Positions 1-12,650 of a DNA stretch of 64,000 bases are shown piece by piece; the first letter of the stretch is position 1, and the number at the start of each line of letters is the position of its first letter. The stretch lies in NCBI RefSeq assembly GCF_963921235.1, contig NC_086108.1, positions 102,860,001-102,924,000 of the forward strand, written 5' to 3'. The notes under the pieces are model-generated. The model saw nothing but the letters and a program-made list of their open reading frames with translations, ran no database searches and had not been told where the DNA came from. The position numbers and the translations under genes were made by a program. This DNA comes from Mobula hypostoma (lineage: Eukaryota).

Positions 1-1201
1 AGCCACATAGCTTGTCTATTGTTAGTTTTCACATTGTAAATCTCAAGGCTATACAGTCCTGTGTCAGTCTTATCATAGTCAGATTTTTCATTGAAAGCAT
101 GCAGATTGGTACTTTTTATGAAGCTGCAACTGACTTTTTAGCTTTTTCTCTTCCCTTTGCAGTCCATTTATTTTTGTGTGCTCGATATGCTCTTTGTATG
201 TGACCTACTTTGTTGAATTTTCTGCAGGTTTTGCCCTTAATTCTGCATCGGTCTGGTGTATGTGAGCCACAGTGGTAACACAATTTATTCGACTGATTGT
301 TTTCTGTTTAGATAGTGCAATTTTGCTCATGCTGACTTTCCTTCCAGACTGTAACTCAATTACTGTCTCTGTCTGCAGTTTCCATTGAAATAGTAATTTC
401 AACTGTCCTTTTAAATGTAAGTTGTGCTTCAGTTAGGAGCCATTTTTGAATGTGTTGTTTTAAGATTCTACAAACTAAACAATCTCTCAATGCATCATTA
501 AGATCATCACTGAACTGCTCAGACAATTTCTTCAATTCAGCCGTATCTGCTGAAATGGTCTTTCCTTCTTTTTGATTCCATTGATGAAACCTAAAGTGTT
601 CTGCAATCAACAATGGTTTTTGTTCTAAGTATTCCTGCATTACTTTAATAATAGCAGCAAAGCTCATTTCTGATGGTTTGGTTGGAGCAGTTAAACTTCG
701 AAGCAAACTGTATGTCTTTAAACCCAATGTACTCAGCAAAATTTGTACTAGTTTCTTATTGGCTATTTCATTTGTTTCAATATACTGTTCAAGTTGCCCA
801 GTATACATGAGCCAGTTACTGTTGAGCAATCAAACTCATCATTTTCTCTGATATAGCCGGTCATTTCTGCTCTTTTCTTTATTATCACCCAATACTCACT
901 CCTCATGAGCTCATGAATTCTTTCTTTTACTGACTTTTTTTTTAAAAACTCGATCATGTCTTCCCTTCTGAAGACCATCTCTGCATGTGTTGAGCTCTGT
1001 TTTATTTTTACTCGCCATTCCACACTGTTTTTTAACTTGAATGCCCCACTGCCTGAGTCTGGGAATGCAGGTCTGACTTTGTGTTTTACTTTAAGAGAGG
1101 CACGTATGCATCATGTGGTATAGTGATGACGTATGCAATTGATGTATTTATACATATAACCTATAATTAATTATTTAAACAAACAAGAATGCTTAATCAA
1201 C

Positions 1202-1247
<46 letters not shown>

Positions 1248-1278
1248 TAAAACATATGTACACAAGATTACTCAAACA
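1..1278 (-). mobile_element. Degenerate Gypsy LTR retrotransposon 5' part (LTR-like ~1080-1278 plus gag remnant)
   Basis: ORF 356-829 has Mag/Gypsy gag-like text (TYSLLRSLTAPTKP, LNDALRDCLVC, LTFKRTVE); a decayed zinc knuckle (CYHCGSH...C) reads near 245-280; frameshifted. Confidence 0.75.
1203..1249. repeat. (TG)n(TA)n microsatellite
   Basis: Direct read. Confidence 0.95.
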
Positions 1279-1404
1279 GTAAATGCATAATTTTTCATGT
1301 TTCTATATTCTCCAGCTTCTTATATGATATTACTGTGGCTTTATAGCAGTTAAATAATATTAATATATTAATATGCTTTAATTAACTTAAAAAGAACCTA
1401 AGGC

Positions 1405-1672
1405 TTAACTTTTTCATCAGTATATGGAACAAGAGCTACCAGAGGATTTGATTGAGACAGGTACATGGATAGGAAAGGTTTAGAGCAGTGGTTCCCAACC
1501 TGTGGTCCACAGACACCTTGCTTAATAGTATTGGTTCATGGCATAAAAAAGGTTGGGGACCCTTGGTTTAGAGGGATATTGGCCAAATGCAGTCATTTGG
1601 GACTAGTTTAAATGGGGGTCTTCTTTGGCATAGACTGGTTGGGCAAAAGGGCCTGTTTCTATGCTGTATGAC
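1405..1672 (+). mobile_element. CR1 LINE 3' end fragment
   Basis: CR1-type 3' text (tacatggataggaaaggtttagagggata...gggcctgtttctatgctgtatgactc), split by a MITE. Confidence 0.7.
1486..1565. mobile_element. 80-bp hAT/Charlie-type MITE
   Basis: Terminal inverted repeats (TIRs) CAGTGGTTCCCAACC / GGTTGGGGACCCTTG; perfect 8-bp TSD GTTTAGAG at 1478-1485 and 1566-1573. Confidence 0.92.
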
Positions 1673-2179
1673 TCAAAGGACTACAGAGACTCAAGAAGGT
1701 GGCTACCACTAACTTCTCATGGGAAATCAGGGAAACCAAAAAATCAAAAACATATGAATTGTTAAAGTGTCTGCTAAACTGTGCTTCAGTAACATTAGAC
1801 TTCGATCTCTGCTCCTGTTAATCTGGACACCAGGCGATAGTGACATTTCTGCTGTCCACCTACGCTATTCTGCCCTCTATCCTATCACAGGACATGTCCT
1901 TTTGTTCATTTTTCTCCCACTTTCCACTCCTTGAGAGTTGTTACAATCTGTTACCTCCCTACCCCAACAGTCTCCAGTTCTGACAAAAGGCCACTTGCCA
2001 AAAGATTCCCTCTGCTTTTCCTTCCACGGATCCCAATTGGCTTGCTGAATATTTCTAGCTTTAGACCATAAGACCATAAAACCATGACATAGGAGTGGTA
2101 TTAGGCTATTCAGCCCATCTACCTACTCTGCCATTCCATCTCGGATTTATTATCCCTCTCAATCCTATTCTTCTGCAAT

Positions 2180-2456
2180 ATTTTATTTATTTGTTGAGAT
2201 ACAGCATGAAATAGGCCCTTCAGCCACACTGCCCAGCAATCCAATCCTCGCCTAATCACAGGACAATTTACAATGACCAATTAACCTACCAAGCGGTAGG
2301 TCTTTGGACTGTGGGTGGAAACCAGAGCCAGAGCATCTATAAGGAACCCACGTGGTCACAGGAAGAACATACAAACTCCTTACAGACAGTGGTGGGAATT
2401 GAACCTGGGTTCCTGATACGGTAAAGTGTTGTACTAACCATTTCGCCACTGTGCCT
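2180..2456 (-). mobile_element. HE1/V-SINE-like tRNA-derived SINE
   Basis: Minus strand has A/B-box-like head (ggttcaattcc) and V-domain-like gagtttgtatgttcttcctgtgacc; (TTTA) tail. Confidence 0.75.
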
Positions 2457-2897
2457 TCTCCCTGTAACATTTGAAGCCTTACTAATCAAAGACCTATAAA
2501 CTTCTGCTTTAAGTATACCCAATAACTTAGACTCCACAGTCATCTGTTGCAACGAATTCTACTGGTTCCTCTGACTAATGAAATTCCTCCTCATCCCTGG
2601 TCGAAAAGATCATCCCTGTATTCTGAGGATATGCCTTCTGGTCCTAGACTCCCTGACTATAGGAAATATCCTCTCCACATCCACTCTATCTAGGCCTTTC
2701 ACTATTCAATAGGTTTCAATGAGATCCACCCTTGTTCTTTTAAACTCCAGCGAGCACAGGCCCAGAGCCATCAAACGCTCCTCATACTTTCACTCTTTAA
2801 TTCCCAGAATCATTCTCGTGAACCTTCTCTGGAAACCCTCCAAAGCCAGCACATCCTCTCTCAGATAATGGGTCAAAACTGCTCACAACACTCCAAG

Positions 2898-3787
2898 TGT
2901 CATGGTCCAGTCTGTGAAATCCGCATTCCGGTTCACAGTCCGGTCCATCAACCCTTGCTCAAGGTTTTCCTGTCTATCCTGTTTCTGTTCCTGTTGAGCG
3001 CTAATTGGGGCAGCTGATTCTCGTTGGGGCTGGCTGCATAAATACCTCCAGAGACCAGGGTGTGGCTGCTGGATTGTTCTTGTCCTTACTCCTTGTATCC
3101 CTTCCCCTGCCTTCTGTTTCCTCGCCTGAAGCCTTGCCTTGTCTTGCCAGTAACTCTTGCCTCACCTGAAGTTCTTGGCCTGGAGCCACCCTGTACCTAG
3201 CTCCCTTCCTGTCCTTTGCCTCCGTCGGGTAAGCCAGGCCAGATTGCCGTTATCCTGCGGTGGGTCCTGTCCCTTCCTATCCCTTCCTGTCCTTTGCCTC
3301 CGTCGGGTAAGCCAGGCCAGATTGCCATTATCCTGCGGTGGGTCCTGTCCCTTCCTGTCCCTTGCCTCCGTCAGGTAAATCAAGCCAGATTGCCGTTACC
3401 CTGCGGTGGGTTCTGTCCCTTCCTGTCCCTTGCCACCGTCGGGTGGAGTACCGCGCCCTGCCCAGGAGGAGCTTCAAGACCCCAAGCCTCTAGCCGAGCC
3501 GAGCCCCAAGCCTGAAGACTCCAGCCTCATCCTGCCTGCCAGCCAAGTCACGTCCTTGTCCAGTTCTGGGGTCTGAGCCAAAGGCAAGACCCAGGTTCTG
3601 GGTCCTTGTCCAGTCTCTGGCTCGGAGTCCAAGCCCTGGCTCCTAGCTCTCTGGTCCAGTCCTGTTCCGGGTTCCCGGTTTTCGTGTCCCTGTCCTAGCC
3701 CTCACCCTGTATACTAGTCCTGTCCCTAGTACTTCAGTGTCTGTGTCTTGCACTTGGGTCCGTTCCCAGCCACCACCTTATTGCACA
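2898..3787 (+). mobile_element. Solo LTR-like insert with internal tandem repeats
   Basis: Begins TGTCATGG, ends ...CACA, TATA-like cataaata at ~3037, cleanly interrupts a CR1; TSD not clean. Confidence 0.65.
3202..3443. repeat. 68-bp minisatellite, ~3.4 copies
   Basis: Unit starts tcccttcctgtcc at 3202, 3280, 3348, 3416; first unit carries an extra 10-bp duplication. Confidence 0.92.
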
Positions 3788-4174
3788 GTGCAATCTGACC
3801 AATGCCGTATAGAGCCTCAGCATCACATCTTTGGTTTTGGATTCTTTAGCTTTCATACTTCTTGCTTCTATATTCTCCAGCCTTTTGTTCATGTATCGCT
3901 GTGGTTTTCGAGCTGTAATATGATATCACATATTATTGTACTTGTAGACTGAGAGGCTCACAGCTGGGTTAGTAACTTAACTGAAATTGCAGAAGGCACT
4001 TTACAGCCTCTTGGGTTTAACAGTAAGAACAATTTAGGATCACAATCATCACTCAGTATCTCAATTGGAGTGTCTGTCCCCACTCAGAACTCTTCCGCAT
4101 CCATCTACATTTATTATCAGTATCACCACTCTCCTGCCCTCCTCCATGTTACAGACATTCTGAAAATGTATTTT

Positions 4175-4400
4175 GATTCTGGAGGTGCTGCATCTTGCAA
4201 GCCACAATCTGATAGAGGAACTCAGTGGATCAAGCAGAATTTGTTGTGGAGTGGGGGGAGGAATTGTTGACCTTGCAGGTCAAAAGATGGCATCAGGATT
4301 GTACGCAAAATTTCGACAATTCCTTTCATCCCACAGACCCGCTGAGTTCCTCCTGCAGCTTGTTTGTTGCTCCAGCTTCCAGCACTAGCAATGTGTCCAT
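4175..4400. mobile_element. Old palindromic Penelope-derived terminal element
   Basis: gaggaactcagtgga...ccgctgagttcctc inverted pair, same motifs as younger copies. Confidence 0.55.
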
Positions 4401-4950
4401 CGTATGATGGATAAGGCTTCTTTCAGTGATTTCGTATTCAATGAATATCTCAAATAATTCAGTGATGGCTCCTGAAACATTAGAGCTGGCAGAATATGAT
4501 GACGCATACTGTAGGTAATGAAGGGGCCTCAGTCATTTTGCAAGCCAGGCCACTGGATCCTGACTCTGATCTGTCAAGGACCATGTGGTGGCTGCCTGTA
4601 CATCAGCTTCCCACATTAACAAAACCATGCATGGGCATTTTCAATTAAGGGAATCCATCCTGTCATCCCAGATTAAGTCCCATGGCGATCATCAACTGGT
4701 GAAGGGGGCAGAATTGTGAGGTCTGTCCATGATTGTCCTCTCCAGCCACCTGAGGAGAACCCCTTAGGAAAGCATCATACTCCACTCGAGGGATCACACT
4801 GTTACCCATTCAATGTTCAAAGTTCAAAGTAAATTTATTATCAAAGTACATATACTGTATGTCACCATTTGCAGCCCTGAGATTCATTTTCTTCTGGGCA
4901 TTGACAGTAAATGGAAAGAAACACAATCGAGTCAATGAAAAACTCTCCCC

Positions 4951-5230
4951 GGGGCCAGCTGGTGGTGCAACGGCATCGCCGTCGGACCCAAGAACGGAGG
5001 TTCCCGGGTTCGAAACCAGTCGAGTCCTCTCCCGAGTACGCTTTCCATCCGTGCCGGGTTGAGTGTCGAGATCGCAACTCGACCTCATAAAATAAAGTGA
5101 GGAGTGGCGCACCACACAGTCTGTCTCTCTCTCGCTCCGCGCCTTGTAAAAGTCATGAAAAGGACATCATCATGGACGCATGCACACGCACAAACTCACG
5201 CATGCAGGCACACGCCATAAAAAAAGAAAG
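4951..5230 (+). mobile_element. Young tRNA-derived SINE
   Basis: A box TGGTGCAACGG, B box GGTTCGAAACC, A-rich tail, TSD ACTCTCCCC at 4942-4950 and 5231-5239; CpG-rich. Confidence 0.88.
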
Positions 5231-5886
5231 ACTCTCCCCAACAGGATGAACAAACAACCAATGTGCAAAGGATGACGAACAATGTGAACACAAAAATATA
5301 ATAATAATACTGTTAAAGAAGCAATAAGTATTGAAAACATGAGATGAAAGTGAGTGCATAGGTTGTGGAGGACAGTGCGGTGTTGGGATGAGTGAAGTTA
5401 TCCCCTCTGGTTCAAGAGCCTGATGGTTGAGAGGTAATAAGTGTTCCTGAACCTGGTGATGTGAGTCCTGAGGCTCCTGTACCTTCCTCCTGGTGGCAGC
5501 AGCAAGATATGAACATGATCAGGATTGTGGGGGATCTTGATGACGGATGCTGCTTTCTACTGACAGTCTCCTTGTAGATGTACTCAACAGTGGGGAGGGC
5601 TTTACTCATGATGGACTGGGCTGTATCCACTACTTTTTGTAGGCTTTTCCATTCAAGAGCATTGGTGTTTCCATACCAGGCTGTGTTGCAACCAGTCAAT
5701 ATACTCTCCATCGCACACCTATAGAAGTTTATTAAAGTGTTAGATGTCATGCTGGATCTTCACAAACTTCTAAGAAAGTAAGGGCACTGCCATACTTTCT
5801 TTGTAATGACACTTACGTGCTTGATCATGACAGGTCCTCTGAAATGATAACGTTGAGGAATTTAAAGTTGCTGACTCTCTCAACCT

Positions 5887-6438
5887 ATATAACAATTACA
5901 GAACAGAAACAGGCCATCTTGGCCCTTCTAGTCCATGCCAAACTCTTACTCTCTCCTAGTCCCACCGACCTGCACTCACCCCATAACCCTCCATTCCTTT
6001 CCTGTCCATATAGCTGTCCAATTTAACTTTAAATGACAACATCGAACCTGCCTCAACCACTTCTGCTGGAAGCTCGTTCCACACAGCTACCACTCTCTGA
6101 GTAAAGAAGTTCCCCCTCATGTTACCCCTAAGCTTTTGCCCTTTAATTCTCAACTCATGTCCTCTTGTTTGAATCTCTCCCACACTCAATGGAAAAAGCC
6201 TATCCACGCCAACTCTATCTATCCCCATCATAATTTTAAATACCTCTATCAAGTCCCCCCTCAACCTTCTACGTTCCAAAGAATAAAGACCCAACTTGTT
6301 CAACCTTTCTCTGTAACTTAGATGATGAAACCCAGGTACATTCTAGTAAATCTTCTCTGTACTCTCTCTATTTTGTTGACAACCTTCCTATAATTCGGTG
6401 ACCAAAACTGTATGCAATACTCCAAATTTGGCCTCACC
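5887..6438 (-). mobile_element. CR1 LINE 3' fragment nested in the Rex1 element
   Basis: ORF 5956-6303 LGLYSLERRRLRGDLIEVFK...FFTQRVV. Confidence 0.9.
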
Positions 6439-7315
6439 TCCGATCCCTCGATGAGTACTGGCTCATGGACCTCTAGTTTCCTCCTGCAGTCAATAATCAG
6501 CTCACTGGTCTTGCTGGCATTGAGTAAGAGGTTGTTGTCGAGCCACCACTCAGCCAGGTTTTCAGTCTCCAGCCTATATGCTGATAGAGCACCATCTTTG
6601 GTTATGCCAATGACAGTGGTGTCATCAGCAAACTTGAATATGGCATTGAGGCTGTACTTAGCCTCACAATCTCAAGTGCAAAGCAAGTAGAGCAGAGGAC
6701 TAAGCACACATCCTTGTGGTGTACATGGTCATGGTGATTGTGGAGAAGATGTTGTTGCCAATCCAAGCTGACTGGGGTCTGCAAATGAGGAAATCGAGGA
6801 TCCAATTGCACAAGGAGGTACTGAGGCCAAGATCTCGAAGCTAATTGATTCGTTTTGAGGGGATGATAGTATTGAATGCCGAGCTGTAGTCAATGAAGAT
6901 GCATACTTCAAGGTGATGTATGCACCTTCACTGTCTAGGTGTTCCAGGATTGAGTGAAGAGCGAATGAAATGCATTTGCTGTTAATGGTGGGCAAATTGG
7001 AGCAGAAGCAAATTGCTTCTCAGGCAAGAGTTGATACATCTCATCACCAACCTCTCAATACACTTCATCACAGTGGATGTAAGTGCTACTGGACAACCAT
7101 TGTGTCAAGTTACCACGTTCTTTTTAGGCACTGGTATAATTGAAGCCTGCTTGAAGCAGGCGGGTACCTCAGACTACTGAAACAAAAGGGTAAAGATCTC
7201 AGTGAACATTCCAGCCAGTTGATGAACACAGGTCTAGAGTCCTAATCTTAACTCAAGACCTTAAGTCTTATCAATTATATGTCTCTAGTACCCTCACTTT
7301 AGAGAGATTATACCA

Positions 7316-8570
7316 TATTTTGAGGATGTAACTAGTAGAGTGGATAGGGGAGAACCAGTGGATGTGGTATATTTGGATTTTCAAAAGGCTTTTGACAAGG
7401 TCCCACACAGGAGATTAGTGTGCAAACTTAAAGCACACGGTATTGGGGGTAAGGTATTGGTGTGGGTGGAGAATTGGTTAGCAGACAGGAAGCAAAGAGT
7501 GGGAATAAACGGGACCTTTTCAGAATGGCAGGCGGTGACTAGTGGGGTACCGCAAGGCTCAGTGCTGGGACCCCAGTTGTTTACAATATATATTAATGAC
7601 TTGGATGAGGGAATTAAATGCAGCATCTCCAAGTTTGCGGATGACACGAAGCTGGGCGGCAGTGTTAGCAGTGAGGAGGATGCTAAGAGGATGCAGGGTG
7701 ACTTGGATAGGTTGGGTGAGTGGGCAAACTCATGGCAGATGCAATTTAATGTGGATAAATGTGAAGTTATCCACTTTGGTGGCAAAAATAGGAAAACAGA
7801 TTATTATCTGAATGGTGGCCGATTAGGAAAAGGGGAGGTGCAACGAGACCTGGGTGTCATTATACACCAGTCATTGAAAGTGGGCATGCAGGTACAGCAG
7901 GCGGTGAAAAAGGCGAATGGTATGCTGGCATTTATAGCGAGAGGATTCGAGTACAGGAGCAGGGAGGTACTACTGCAGTTGTACAAGGCCTTGGTGAGAC
8001 CACACCTGGAGTATTGTGTGCAGTTTTGGTCCCCTAATCTGAGGAAAGACATCTTTGCCATAGAGGGAGTACAAAGAAGGTTCACCAGATTGATTCCTGG
8101 GATGGCAGGACTTTCATATAAAGAAAGACTGGATGAACTGGGCTTGTACTCGTTGGAATTTAGAAGATTGAGGGGGGATCTGATTGAAACGTATAAGATC
8201 CTAAAGGGATTGGACAGGCTAGATGCAGGAAGATTGTTCCCGATGTTGGGGAAGTCCAGAACGAGGGGTCACAGTTTGAGGATAGAGGGGAAGCCTTTTA
8301 GGACCGAGATTAGGAAAAACTTCTTCACACAGACAGTGGTGAATCTGTGGAATTCTCTGCCACAGCAAACTGTTGAGGCCAGTTCATTGGCTATGTTTAA
8401 GAGGGAGTTAGATATGGCCCTTGTGGCTACAGGGGTCAGGGGGTATGGAGGGAAGGCTGGGGCGGGGTTCTGAGTTGGATGATCAGCCATGATCATAATA
8501 AATGGCGGTGCAGGCTCGAAGGGCCGAATGGCCTACTCCTGCACCTATTTTCTATGTTTCTATGTTTCTA
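7316..8570 (+). mobile_element. Young 5'-truncated CR1 LINE
   Basis: Open RT ORF followed by 3' UTR and (TATGTTTC)n tail. Confidence 0.95.
7340..8473 (+). CDS. CR1 ORF2 reverse transcriptase C-terminal half (377 aa open frame, truncated copy)
   Basis: [36 protein letters not shown]. Confidence 0.85.
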   Translation: MDRGEPVDVVYLDFQKAFDKVPHRRLVCKLKAHGIGGKVLVWVENWLADRKQRVGINGTFSEWQAVTSGVPQGSVLGPQLFTIYINDLDEGIKCSISKFADDTKLGGSVSSEEDAKRMQGDLDRLGEWANSWQMQFNVDKCEVIHFGGKNRKTDYYLNGGRLGKGEVQRDLGVIIHQSLKVGMQVQQAVKKANGMLAFIARGFEYRSREVLLQLYKALVRPHLEYCVQFWSPNLRKDIFAIEGVQRRFTRLIPGMAGLSYKERLDELGLYSLEFRRLRGDLIETYKILKGLDRLDAGRLFPMLGKSRTRGHSLRIEGKPFRTEIRKNFFTQTVVNLWNSLPQQTVEASSLAMFKRELDMALVATGVRGYGGKAGAGF

Positions 8571-8724
8571 TATCAATTTATATTTCAAAGGCTAACTTAC
8601 TTAACTACCTTAATCTCTTTTCTGTAAAGAGATTAGGTATCAGTAATCAAGCAGTCAGACCCTCTCCCAACCAAGGAGATACTTTCAGCTAGGAAAGTAG
8701 GAATGAAAGAAGGATAGAAAGAAA

Positions 8725-8990
8725 GATTAGCTTTATTTGTCACATGTGCATCAAAAAAATACAGTGAAATGTGTTGTTTGGGTCAAATCAAATTAAATCA
8801 GCCAGGATTGTGCTGGGCATGCTTCCAGTAAGAATGTAACATGCCCACAACTCACTGACCGTAACTATACATTTTTGGAAGGTGAGAAGAAACCAGAGCA
8901 CCAGGAAGAAACCCAGATATTAACGGGAAGCATGTGCAAACTTCTTACAGACAGTGGAGGGAATCGTATCCTGAATGGTGATATTTGCGT
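8725..8990 (-). mobile_element. V-SINE-like SINE
   Basis: aaccagagcacc...gtgcaaacttcttacagacagtgg motif shared with other copies. Confidence 0.6.
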
Positions 8991-9786
8991 TAAAGAGCAG
9001 AAGTACCTAATAAAGTCACCACTGAGTGTATCTTCAAATTCCTTGTAGCCTGAAACATTACATTTGATTTACATCTCCAGAGATATTGCCCAATCCACTT
9101 AGTGATCCCAGTGGTTTCTGCTTGTTTCCCAGATTCCCCTATATCCACAATATTTGACTTCCGTTTTACTTAATTTGCATAGCTTTGCATATTAATAAGA
9201 ATGACCTAAGGCAAGCCTATGGCTGAGCAGAGCAGTGGAAGATAAAGCTAAAATACTTAATAACTCTCATAATCAATTATCTTAAAAACACACAGAAATA
9301 CAAGATGTCTTTTATTCTATAAATTTAAAATGCACTCGTCTTTGAAAGAGAGGAATTAAACCACCTCACTTTTGCTATGAAAGTCGATGTTTTACAGGAA
9401 TGAAAAGGAATCTGCAGAAATGTATTGGGCTCAATCTTTCTGCAGACGTAACGGGGTGTTAGTGATACACGCCTAACAAGCCAACTAACAAGCAGAAAGG
9501 ATTAGGAGATTCTGTTCAAGAGAAGCATGACCACCATTTGCTGGTCGATTTATGCCACCTGGACACTTGCTTTGCGCTGACTGTATAGTTCCCTCAGCTT
9601 CCCTGTCATTCTTAACAGCTTGCTGGATTTGCATATTGATTGCCCATTAAAGCATGCTGCAGTATGCTAAATCAGGTATTAGCCTCGCAAGTGCCTCCTC
9701 TAACCAGAAAGCGGTGCAAAACTGGTTGAGAGATTTAAGCAGCTCAATCTCATTCTAGAAGTGAGCGATTTTTCCTTGAAGTATTT

Positions 9787-10700
9787 ATACACTCAGAGGC
9801 ACGCCTCCTGTACCTGGCCTCTGACTGTGCCATTGTGATCTTCTCTTGCTGTAGCCCAACCACTTCAAGGCTTACCATGCTGTGCATTCAGAGATGCTCT
9901 TCTGCACACCACTGTATCTGAGCTACTGTCAACTTCCTGTCGGCTTGAAACTGTCTGGCTCTTCTCCTCTCATCTCTCTCATTAGCAAGGTGTCTTCACC
10001 CACCAAACTGCCACTCGCTGGATGTTCTTTTGTTTCTTGCACCATTCTCCGTAATCTCCAGAGAATGTTGAAAGGACTATATCAGGTGGATGTGACGATG
10101 ATACTTCCTATGGTGGGGGTGTCCAGAACTAAAGGACACAGCCCAAAATTCAGGTGCGACCTTTTAGAACAGAGATAAGGAGAAATGTTCTTTTTAGCCA
10201 GTGAGTAATAAATCTGTGGAATGCTGTGCCACAGACTGCGGTGGAGGCCAAGTCCGTGCGTATATTTATGGTGGAAGTTAATCATTTCCTGATCGGTCAG
10301 GGCATCAAAGGATATGGCGAGAAGGCAGGTGAATGGGGTTGAGTGGGATCCAGAATCAGCCATGATGGAATGGTGGAGCAGACTCGATGGGCTGAATAGC
10401 CTAATTCTGCCCCTATGTCCTATGGTTTTATCTTGTGCGTGAAAATCCCAAGTGATCAGCCATTTCTGAGGTACTCAAACCACCCCCTCTGGCACCAACC
10501 ACAGCCAGAATCACTTAAATAACATGGTCAGTGCAGATGGGTGTTTCTGATGGTTGATCTGAAATCTGAACAACAACTGAACTTCTTGACCATGTCTGCT
10601 TGATTTTTTTGCAATGAGTTGCTGCCAGATGAATGGTTGATTAGATATTTACATTAAAGAGCAGGTGTGCAGGTGTACCTAATAAAGTGACCACTGAATA
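9787..10700. mobile_element. Tc1/mariner-like non-autonomous remnant with CR1 3' fragment inserted (~10062-10430, +)
   Basis: Ends TACACTCAGAGGCAC... and ...GTACCTAATAAAGTGACCACTGA; same terminus at 9003-9030. Confidence 0.6.
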
Positions 10701-10920
10701 ATATTAATTGTTTAAATAAATTTTATTTTTCTTTGCGGTTTCTCTTAGTCCAATCTTTTATATCTTCCCCTGCTTCTAGTTCACCCTTCTTCAAAGTCCA
10801 CAGAGTGAAACATCACAGAAACACCAGTCTGCACTGACCATCCGCCTTTACATTAATCCCAATTTTCATAATTCTCCCCACATTTTCATGAATTCCCTCC
10901 AGATTCCACCACTCACCAGC

Positions 10921-11375
10921 TTGATGTAGGCCTTTGTTGATCGGGGTTGACCATAGCTCTCTAGTAACGCAAAACCTAGGTAGTACGATATGGAGAGCAA
11001 GCTGTTGCCCATTGTAGCAACCTCAACCCCTCCATGCATCTGATGAACCCAAAAGCACGGCAGAGACTAACACAGTTTGGCACCAGCAGCATCGCAGGAG
11101 TTGCCAGTCAATGCTGAACCCAACATAGAACTGCCTTAGAGACTCCAGCACCAGATTTTGTCCTTGGGGCTTACTTCTGATGCTTCCTCCATGAGTGGTT
11201 AACAGCCATAAAGCAGTAGAGGTTTCAGGTCAGAGTTATCCTTCTCCTGGATGAGCTGCCAATCACGGCTTGACAACCCCCATCTGCCCGAAGTGACTGG
11301 TTTTAAGGCGCCAGTAACTTTGCCCCTTCTCCTGTCAGTAGAAACATTTCTGCCGGGCTTAGGAGTTAATAACCA
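10921..11375 (-). mobile_element. RTE-derived SINE-like element
   Basis: agttatccttctcctggatgagctgcc resembles RTE-associated short elements; no ORF. Confidence 0.45.
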
Positions 11376-11420
11376 AAGTAAATAGTAACTAAACCTAGTA
11401 GCTACAAAACCAACCTGAGC

Positions 11421-11826
11421 ACCACGGTAACACAACAGTTAGCACGACACTATTACAACTCAGCATCAGAGTTCTGCGTTCAATTCCCATGTCATCTGTA
11501 AGGTGTTTGTACATTCTCCTCGTGACCACATGAGTTTCCTCCCATATTCCAAAGACATACCGGTTAGTAGTTTCACAAGCAAGAGAAAATCTGCAGATGC
11601 TGGAAATCCAAGCTATGCACACAAAATGGTGGAGGAACTCAGCAGGCCAGACATCATCTATGGAAAAGAGCAGGGTCGATGTTTCGGGCCCAGAAGGGTC
11701 TGGTTAGTAGGTTAATCAGTCATTGTAAATTGTCCTGTGATTAGGCTAAGGTTAAGTCATTGGGTTGTTGGGACGCACGGCTTATTGGGCTAGAAGGGCC
11801 TGTCCCATGCTATTCCTCTAAATAAA
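11421..11826 (+). mobile_element. V-SINE-like SINE interrupted by a Penelope-derived insert
   Basis: B box gttcaattcc, V-like domain, taaataaa tail. Confidence 0.75.
11571..11701 (-). mobile_element. Penelope-derived terminal fragment
   Basis: TSD GGTTAGTAG at 11562-11570 and 11702-11710; carries gtcgatgtttcgggccc, the antisense of the ribozyme 3' half. Confidence 0.8.
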
Positions 11827-12409
11827 AGCCAACCCAGGATGGGGGAGAACAAATGGGGTATGCGGAGAAAATCCACATAGTCACAGGGAGAACATGCAAG
11901 CTCCACACAGTCAGTAGCAGAGGTCAGGACCGAACTGGAGTCTCTGGTGCTCTGCGGTAGAAACCCTACAAGCTACACCACTGTGCTGTCCACTGTAACG
12001 ACTTTGCTTCTTATCCATTCCTTCAAACTCAATGCCTAGGGAGATGCAATATGAGGTCTACAGCTCGCAAGCTAAGTTCTCACCACATCGATCAGCCATG
12101 CTTCCATTCAAGTTGCAGTTCAGTAACTTTTATCAACTGCTGGATGCTGAAATATTTCTAATAATCAGACCACATCACCAGATGTGCTGTAATGGAGGTG
12201 TTCTGAGGCCTGGAACCCTAAAGGGTTATATAAAATGCATTGGATCTGTACTGGGATCAACCCTAAACATAAAGCACTCAATAATCCAACATAAAACAGA
12301 GGTTTGAATTCTAAAAAATTCCAGATGCTGGAATCCAACAAAAAAATGGAGAACACTGTAAAACTCAGAAGATCAGGCAGCACCTTTGAAAGTGGAAATA
12401 CTTAACTTT

Positions 12410-12650
12410 CTAAGACCATAAGACATAGGAGCAGAATTCAGCCATTCAGCCTATTGAGTCTGCTCTCCGTGATAATAAGTCATCATGGCTGATTTTTTAT
12501 CCCTCTCAACCCTATTTTCCTGCCTTCTCTCCAAACCTTTAATGCCCTTACTAATCAAAAACCTATCAACCTGCATTTTAAATATACCCAATGACTTGGC
12601 CTGTGGCAATGAATTTACCATTCTCTGGCTAAAGAGATCCCTCCCCATTT
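12410..12650 (-). mobile_element. CR1 3' end fragment
   Basis: taagaccataagacatagg tail; VDRFLISKGIKG. Confidence 0.75.

Larger units (their letters stand above)
2065..3815 (-). mobile_element. CR1 LINE 3' fragment interrupted by a SINE and an LTR-like insert
   Basis: (ACCATAAG)n tail at ~2065-2090; CR1 ORF2 C-terminal sequence 2460-2897 resumes at 3788 (gtgcaatctgaccaatgcc). Confidence 0.75.
4809..7240 (-). mobile_element. Rex1/Babar-type LINE, 5'-truncated and degenerate
   Basis: ORF 5412-5750 NFYRCAMESILTGCNTAWYGN; KFADDT-coding gtgtcatcagcaaactt at ~6620; (TTTGAAC)-like tail at 4809-4830. Confidence 0.82.

Noticed and set aside
3202..3443. CRISPR-like array
   Set aside because: Units are contiguous with no unique spacers, no cas genes, and the context is vertebrate
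4951..5025. tRNA gene
   Set aside because: A/B boxes belong to a TSD-flanked SINE with body and tail; the same applies to heads at 26581, 36757 and ~63500
7340..8473. Functional or domesticated RT gene
   Set aside because: 5'-truncated CR1 with the standard tail; the open frame is explained by youth
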